Part shown: in pieces, positions 56,101-64,000 of the stretch | Numbering within the stretch: the stretch's first letter is position 1 | How the letters are laid out: every line of letters starts with the position of its first letter | NCBI RefSeq assembly: GCF_000150275.1 | Contig: NW_002060945.1 | Location: 7,121,607-7,185,606, forward strand | Length of the DNA: 64,000 nucleotides | Reading direction: 5' to 3' | Source: Trichoplax adhaerens | Lineage: Eukaryota > Animalia > Placozoa | The notes under the pieces: generated by a model | The model's database searches: none | Seen by the model: only the letters and a program-made list of their open reading frames with translations | Told to the model about the DNA's origin: nothing | Made by a program: the position numbers and the translations under genes

Positions 56101-57642
56101 ACTAAAATGAAACATTAGGATAGCATTGTTTAATAATTGATTGTTACGGTGTTCTCTTACCGTTAGGATAGTTTAATAAGTACAGTAGTAGCTGGCACGG
56201 AAAATATCTATATTTGTAGTGCTAGGTAACATAAGTAATGCATTAACGTGGATATTATTTGTGATAGTTTATTACATCTTTGATACTGAATGTTATTATG
56301 TGTAGATAGTAGTAAGATGATACAAGTTCTAGCTATTGATAGTTGAATTAAACAACATAAATGCTTAAATTAAGATTAAGTATGAGTAAGAGATTAAAAA
56401 TACTTAATGATAGAAAAGCTATGTAAGGAACATCTCAGTTCGAGATGTCTCTCCTAGTAAGGTATAATAATAATACTGTTATCGTTTACAAATTAGACGG
56501 TTTCGATATAAACGGGAATGTTTGAGTTGAGTTGTGTGGTGAAAAGTTGTAGATGTGTCTCAGCAAATAAAAGTTCTATCTATACGGTACCTCGCTGTGT
56601 GTGTTAAATGTCTAGTAAAAGGCTGTTTAAGTCAGTAGTTACTTATAGACTTTTACTGTACGTTTCCTTGTCGCAGAGTTGAAATTGTGGCATTGATGCA
56701 GAGCTTTAAAAGTATTCCTTAGCAGTGTATTCTTTACAATGCAATATTTACGAAGGTTTCGTCAAAATTTTCTAATTTTCTTCTTCGCCCATTAATGCAG
56801 TATTAGTCTTTTAAACAGTACTACAGTAGATAATACACGAAATGTCAGCGTTGAATTATATAACAGATGATGTAAAGCTTTAAAAGTGTTCTATAGCATG
56901 GTACTTTTCATAATGCAATATTTATGAAGGTTTCGTCGAAATTTTCAATTTTATGATCCTTTCCTTATTTTAGTATTGGTCTTTTAAATATCACTAGAAG
57001 CTACCTGTTTAATGAAACGTCGACATTAGCTCCATGATGGATGTATAGTTTTAGAACTACCCTTTTGAGACTCCCTAGCGCGCAATGTTGATGAAAATTT
57101 GGTCCAAACTTTTACTGTTTTGCTCTATTCCTTACATAGTATTGTTAGTTTTAATTTGGTGGCCAAAGTTGGTAGTGAATGGCCCAAAGTACTGTTTACG
57201 ATCATAAACCTGCGAGTTTAGCTACGGAGGTGCAAAATAGAAATATTGATTACGGCTATTACTCTATACGTAGTTTGGGCGACGGTTATAAACATTCAAT
57301 ACCATAAACTAGCATTTATACTCTATTTGTTTCGTTTTTGTCGAGATTAATCTATGGAGCACAATCGAAGATATATAATTCATGATAGCAAGTTAAGGAT
57401 GGAGATCGATTGGATTGGGTCCAAGGCGGACAAACTAATTCAATACTTTTTAAAGAACGGCCTAGTGTCTGTGATTGTTAAGCCTCATAGAAATTACAAG
57501 TACATAAACTCGCTCTACATTGTAGAATGATTATATCCTTCATCAAGTTACCTCTAGTAGAACCTAGACAATCGACAATTTGATAGTCAGCAAGTATAAA
57601 AATAACCAGAAGGAAAAATGTCCTGGCCGCTGGGGATCCCAT
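47152..57642 (-). CDS. INSR: Insulin/IGF-1 receptor-like tyrosine kinase, paralogue 1 (complete except Cys-rich/early L2 region hidden in the gap)
   Basis: Signal exon 57642-57552 [30 protein letters not shown] splices phase 1 into the L1 exon (54298). L1 [18 protein letters not shown]; L2 [13 protein letters not shown]; FnIII exons; [25 protein letters not shown]; NPNY; kinase [52 protein letters not shown]. Confidence 0.92.
53795..53844. other. Assembly gap (50 N) hiding the receptor Cys-rich region; true size must be much larger than 50
   Basis: L1 end on one side, mid-L2 ([16 protein letters not shown]) on the other. Confidence 0.9.
56690..57150. repeat. Degenerate ~170-bp tandem repeat (3 copies, plus a fourth at ~55975-56105) in intron 1 of receptor paralogue 1
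   Basis: recurring agctttaaaagt...aatgcaatatttaYgaaggtttcgtc..aatttt...agtattRgtcttttaa. Confidence 0.75.
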
Positions 57643-57764
57643 CTTGTTTGCAATGCTCGACGCTTATTGCAATTGTTGGCTGGCGGAAGTACGTCAGTAG
57701 CTTTCGGTTATTCAAATGTGTGATAATCAATTCTGTAAATACGTAAGATAAAGTAAGAGAATTA

Positions 57765-58480
57765 TTATGAATTACTTTCCAAAGTAGTCTTAATAATAAT
57801 ATATACTCTTGTTTAACTATATAATGATCGCTTAATGATTCCGATTAAGTACTTACAGTAGTGTCGATATAAAAATACAGTAGGGCAATCTTTATAAAAC
57901 ACTTTCTAGTGTAATCTGGAAAATAATACATACTGTTCTTGAACTAAATAGTAATTGTTTGATATTTACGATTAACTACTTGCTATAGCGTAAATATGCA
58001 AAATCCATTACCTAGTTATGAAATACTTTTAGTATAATCTTGATAATAATACATACTCTTTTTGTAATAGAATAACGATTGCTTGATATTTACAATTAAT
58101 AGAATACTGTAGTGCAAATATACAAAATACATTAGGACAAACGTTATGAAATACTTTCTAATGTAATGATAATAGTAATGCATGGCCTTCTTGAACTAGA
58201 TGATGGTTGCTTGATACTTACGATCAACTATTTAGCATAGTATAAATATTCAAAATATAACGGACCGTTATGATAGTTACGACATGTTATGAATCGTTAT
58301 ATTTATACATATGAAATACTTTCTGTTGTAATCTGGATAGTAATATATACCCTTCCTGAACTACATACAGAATGATTGCTTGATAATTATGATTAAGTAC
58401 TTACTGTAGTGTAAATTGCAAAATACAACAGGACAATCGCTATGAAATGAAGATTATTTGACACTTACGATTAAGTACTT
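57765..58480. repeat. Degenerate ~125-bp tandem repeat (~5 copies) immediately upstream of the receptor ATG
   Basis: recurring gattgcttgatatttacgattaa..., tatgaaatactttcta.tgtaatctgga, ttcttgaacta at ~57826, 57954, 58077, 58205, 58374 and 58452. Confidence 0.8.
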
Positions 58481-59692
58481 ATCCCCAGGATGTTATCTTG
58501 CTTAGACGAATAGAAATAATAAAGCCAAATTGTATGATTTTCAGGGAGTAGAATGACTATCATGGAGAAGGACATTTAATCAGTAATACTAATAGTGACT
58601 CAATTGTACATGGGAATAAAATAGACGATGTTGCTTTACAGTGATATTGCCTTTCTATTGACAGTATCTTATTGCATAGAATAGAATTACAATTTTTAAT
58701 TAATGTTAAATATAAATATACCTTCCTTCTGTCGCCTTGTCGGTGAGTAGTTCTGTGTTACAAATGACTATTGTTAATGAGCGAGTTCTAAGAATATCTA
58801 ATGACTTTATTACAAAGTTGAAATTATAGATTAATACTTTACAGATTGATACCGTACTTAATAATCATTGTCTACCTTCTACTACGTTGAGATCTACATT
58901 GAAACTGTCAGGTTTGCAACTTTAATAGAAGCCTTACAATAACGTCCTATGACGTTCTACGCGCTTTGTCGGGTAATATCCAACCAATCTTGCCCTTCGA
59001 ATTACTTTCTGTACATACTTACGTAGCTAGGACCATAGTTAAGCTTTATGTACCAAACTCTACAGATTTATTTTTGTATTGATCGCCATGATAACGATAT
59101 TGCTATTGATATTACTTCCGTATTAATTTCTAGCGCTTGTCGATTATATGTAAATAAATTGTAATAATAGATTAACAATTGACTAAGTAAAATGGATGTT
59201 TACTATGATTTATTTGTTGCAGCAGTATTATTTATTATTGTATTGTTTAAATAGGTAATTTCTACTTGCTATTGTAAAAGCTAGTAGGAACTCTTAGGAT
59301 AGATGTTGACTGCATACGTAATAAAATGTTAATAAACAACGTGGCGTTGAACAGTTCCCTTACGTGTTATTACCAGAAAACAAGAAACATTCGCTCAGTG
59401 ACCTGATCATCATCATTCCCTAGCGATCATTAGTAATAATGCAGCCTTATCCATTAAATTTGCCGCTGTTTGTTTGTTACTGTAGACATATTCTTCAGTC
59501 AGTGTTGGATTAATTTTAAGTCTTCCGTTTTACCCATTTAATTCGTGGTTACTGGACGAATTTTAAGTTTCCTTTTTGTCTATTTAAATTACTCGCCGTT
59601 ACTTTAAACATGCTGATAAGTCCGTATTTAATAAATTTTGAAACTTCCTTTTATCCATTACATTAGTCGTCGTCAGTGGACTTGGCAGTTGG

Positions 59693-59955
59693 ATAAATTA
59701 TAGTGCAGTAGCTGGCTTTACAAAATCAATAGGCTTGATCAAACTACAGAATAACTGAAAACTGTATGTAGTTCATGAAGTAAAATTATTCGCAAACATT
59801 GGCGGTGTACGGTCGACATACAGAATAATTTTATAAATTGTAGTGTAGTAGCTAGCTTTTCTTGATTAAAGTACTGGATAACTGAAACTGTAGCCCATTA
59901 AGTTAAATAATTCACTAATATTGGCGATATACGATAGACATAGAAAAATGATTTT
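59693..59955. repeat. Two-copy degenerate ~130-bp tandem duplication
   Basis: ataaattRtagtgYagtagctRgcttt...ataactgaaactgta...attggcgRtRtacgRtMgacata repeated. Confidence 0.75.
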
Positions 59956-62138
59956 GTCATAAATCTAGCGTCAAAATCTTGATTTTATATAAGTTCTAGA
60001 CTTATTATACCGCAAAATACTTTTTTTCGCATTTTCGGAACGTTTGCTCTACTTTAAATATTATATATATATATATATTATCAAAATACTCTTAACGAAC
60101 CATTAGTTAGTGATTATCTAATATCGATTAGCAACGTCGAAATTAAGACAACCCACAATATTGCTAAACAATGCCATAATCGTGCCATAATGCAATGCTA
60201 TTACATTTTAACCTTAAATATTACATGATATACTTAGATTATTTGTCTGGCTACACATTGACCCAAGCTGGAATCAATACATTACAAGCCAAAATATTAC
60301 CTAGGCAATGGACTCGATTTCTATGCACCTACAAGTCTTGAGTTAATGATAATAGCTCATAATTAGTCATAGAATATTTTATTCCAAGTATCAAAAATTC
60401 AAATATAAAATTTAAGAAGATATACTGTATACGTGTACTTGATGTATAACATCTAAATAGGGTAAATTTAAAAGTTTGCCCAGTATAAAATTAGTAGACG
60501 ACGGAATTTATACCGTAAGCAGTCTATCAATTCATTTTAATATAGCAAATGAATGAGCAAAATAATGCATTAAGAATAGTGTTTAAAATCAAAAATAAAT
60601 TTTACGTCTAGAGTCCGCTAGCTCTGATCGCATTCTATCTATTTCTTAGTTGGAATTAGCCAACTCGGATGATATTTGGTAAGAGAACGAGTTATGGACA
60701 TTATTCAACAGAGGAAGAATTGATAATAAATATCAGCTAAGAAGCTTTATTATCAGTATCCTTACTTGGCAAAGAAAATTGATTAAACTTATGATATAGT
60801 AGTAAACAATGTAACAGTTCAATAGGAGTGAACCAGCGCTACTTGATGAGATGGTATTCCTGGATTTACAAATTTTTTAAAATTTAGATTGTCTTCCTCG
60901 ATTTTAATACGATTAGACTCGCAATCATCTCTTAATCCCAAGTTTATCGAATGCTAATAGTAATCAAAGGATTATTTATATTAAGGATTAATGCGAGTGC
61001 ATGCGGAAATATATATATTTTTGTAATAATTTCGGGTATTTAAACTAAGTAAGGTTATTATATTGCATCTTTACTTTAATGGTCGTCAGTATTTTTGAGA
61101 ACTATATATCGTAAGTCTACATAATTGTATAAATCATATATAACATGCAGTAATTTAGCTACATAAAAGCAATTCTTGAATACACTGTACATTTCATTTT
61201 GTAACAATATTGTCGCTATAACGAACGTAATGCTAACATTTGAATGAATAACAGAAAATAGGAGCAATAATAGCTATCATGAATAAGTTAAACCTTCGCG
61301 GCTAATTTATTAATATTCTTATGCCTTAATATGAACTTCTATACAGTAGCCTCTACATCCTAAAATTATAGCGTGAAATTTTATCGTACTCCAATCGAGA
61401 ACAGATCGACTGACGACAGATCCGTCCGAAGAGGATTATCAATCAATTAGTCCTAAAATTTTATTAAAGTAATTAGAATTCGACTTCATGACAAGTAGAG
61501 TAAATTAAATTATCATCGCTGTAATAACCTGTTGTTTTTAACATTACCAGCAAAGATTGTGCTGCACTCAATATTAGATTCTAATAAATTTATTGGGAAT
61601 GTTTTCTTTAAATGCATTTAATAATACCGTTATTAAATAGTTTAACTTTTTACATAAAACACAATTTGTGTAATATAATTGCATAAAGGTTTCAATTCCA
61701 TGAATTTTATAACTAAACTTATAATAATTATTCTTAAATTGAAGAACACTTCAAAATCATTTATATAATCGCAATAGCCATGATATGACATAATATCTAC
61801 TGGTATTTTATCTTTCTATCGATCAGAACAGTCAAATTTTTAGCCCATAAAATTTGTAGTCAAAAGTAAATATACTGCATGACGTCCAAAATTATAAGAC
61901 CGACGTCGTATGGACACCTGCACCATCGTAAAAGTAATCACGGTATTTATTATAGTCGCTAAAAGCATTGCAAAAGTCTTTACAATGGGATGAAAATCTT
62001 TGATAGCCTTATTAAGAATTTTCATTACTGATTAAATTTACATCTTTAAAGTTACTATATGCATAAAAATAATTTGCATATGAAATTATTTGCATGTACC
62101 TATGACTAATTCCTTTCATTAACTTAGATATGAAATAC

Positions 62139-64000
62139 TTATATTTTACAAGCGACTTGCGATTCGCTTGCATAAGTATTTTTGGGGCCAGATGAAGTTT
62201 TACACAACTGTGAATTTCCTAACGGGTTGTCGGTGATAACGATGCATGGTAAAGATTTACTTATTTTAGCATCTCTAGCATTTTTTAGCGTATAGTGTTC
62301 TTCTATTATTCCATGGGGTGATGTAATGTTCTCAAGACAAGTGTGACTTCCATTTTGACTCTTTAAATTCGACGTATCCGATATCGGATTTTCAGTGCAG
62401 TGTTTGCTATCGCTATTATTCGCCTTAGATTCCTGATCGCGAAAGCAGCGATCATTCCTATCTGATAGTGTTGAATTTATATCTTTATCTACTTGTATCC
62501 TTTCTACATCATGATCTTCTGTAATTTCTTCTCCCAATGTAATAACTTCAACATGTTCCGTATTTCTTCTATTATCTTTAAGCGCAGCTTGTGCACATTC
62601 TTCGGAATGATAGTAAGACACATCTTGGAATGTGTCTGGTAAATCAGGAAGTAGTAAATCAATAATTGTTCGAAATTTTGGTCTCATTTTGGCTTGAAAT
62701 CGGGTACATTTAGCCATAATATGGTACCTAATAGAGTGCATAGTATTTCAATACATCATAGACTTCATTAATTCAGATATTGTTTCATCATCAATATATC
62801 CTAGTTTAATAGAGATAGCTTATAATACAGAATAAATGATGAATAGTATGCTTACAATTTATCAGAGCAGAACGGAGGTCTCTGTATGCTCCCACCATCG
62901 AGAATATATCGAGCAACATCTTCATTCGACTTTCCTGGATAAGGTTGTTCAGCTAAGGTAGCAACTTCCCATAAAACAATTCCGTATGACCTATATTTAT
63001 ATTACATTTTAAAGTAATCCTTGAAGTATCTTATTTGGAAAGAAATTTAATTGTAGTTCCGCATATGTCTTAAGAATTTAAGCATATAGTCTGTAAATAC
63101 TTTAGTAATCGTAATATACCATAAAAGGTAGAAACGATACGAAAGATCACGTCATAAAGTATGTTTATGATAGCAAATTATACAGGATACTGTAGCGACA
63201 GATTTATTGATTTTAGTAATCGATCAAGGCTACGATGCAGGTTATTTTCGTTAAATCAATGCTATAATGGGATCATTACACGATATACAATTAGCATAAT
63301 CAGACTAACCATACGTCAGAAGCTGATGTATATACTCCATCTCTTATAGATTCAGGAGGCATCCAACGAATAGGTAGCATTCCTAAATGCAATAACATTT
63401 AACATATAATTATTAAAAACATTTTCGCCTAATTCCTATATTTTATAATAAAATGTAAGAATAAATAATACTATGTTATAGTTAACAGTACCTTTTCCAC
63501 CCTTACGATAGTAGTCGCTGGTATAAACATCACGAGTCATGCCGAAAATCTTTGAAAATACAACAAGATCAGATATTAGAAGGATAATTCTAAGCCAGAT
63601 ATACAGTCTGAGTGAGTCAAAAGAAACAGTGTTGACTATTTAGTTGTATACCTCCAATCTTCACAGTAAGATCCTCGTTAACCATACAATTTCGAGCTGC
63701 TAAATCCCTAATATTTAAGTAAACATAAAGATGCAAGAAACTATAACGAATCCAGGGTGATAAACGGTTTAATGCTTGCTTACTTTATTACTTTGTTTGT
63801 GTAAAGATATTTTTTATGCGCAAAAACAGCACAATAAAAGGGTTTGATGTGCGCGTATATGACGTACGTTATAATTTATTGGTTACGTTTTGGTAACTAA
63901 CCTATGCACAAACTTTTTGTCACCTAGGTATAACATTCCATCAGCTATTTCAGCAGCCATTTTATGAAAGTGGATATCAGAAGGTCGGTTTGGATTAGGC
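62139..64000 (-). CDS. Insulin/IGF-1 receptor-like kinase, paralogue 2 (3' kinase exons only; frameshift at DFG as assembled)
   Basis: [33 protein letters not shown]-(D)[41 protein letters not shown]; C-tail homologous to paralogue 1; same intron positions. Confidence 0.9.

Noticed and set aside
61840-62025. Hydrophobic ORF as a candidate signal-peptide exon for receptor paralogue 1
   Set aside because: Its donor is phase 0, it lies in the likely 3' UTR of paralogue 2, and a phase-compatible signal exon exists at 57642-57552

Overview
Eukaryotic, AT-rich, intron-dense animal DNA. The short GT-AG introns, gene content and TACAG/CTGTA-rich gene starts look placozoan (Trichoplax-like); this assignment is inference. 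There are four 50-N scaffold gaps. Genes reconstructed by hand from exons: USP47-like deubiquitinase (-, runs off the left edge), a divergent adhesion-class 7TM receptor (+), hydroxylysine kinase HYKK (-), FEM1A/C-like CRL2 adaptor (+), CIAO2A/FAM96A (-), an orphan rhodopsin-class GPCR (-), DAP3/MRPS29 (+), and two tandem insulin/IGF-receptor paralogues (-; the second enters from the right edge). A ~2.19 kb near-identical duplication flanks the gap at 20798-20847 and is probably an unmerged haplotype. Most notable observations: (1) USP47 has ~160 aa of its catalytic core missing inside one exon, plus a frameshift. (2) The insulin receptor has no RxK/RR furin site and carries a mucin-like insert, divergent L1 ligand residues and a tandem-repeat promoter. 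(3) One intron is unusually conserved between the two receptor paralogues. (4) Palindromic (TACTG/CAGTA)n clusters mark the housekeeping-gene starts but not the rhodopsin-GPCR or insulin-receptor starts. (5) A 200-bp MITE-like foldback element lies upstream of DAP3. Three 1-bp homopolymer indels in coding exons may be sequencing errors. No tRNA, rRNA, CRISPR array or transposase was recognised.
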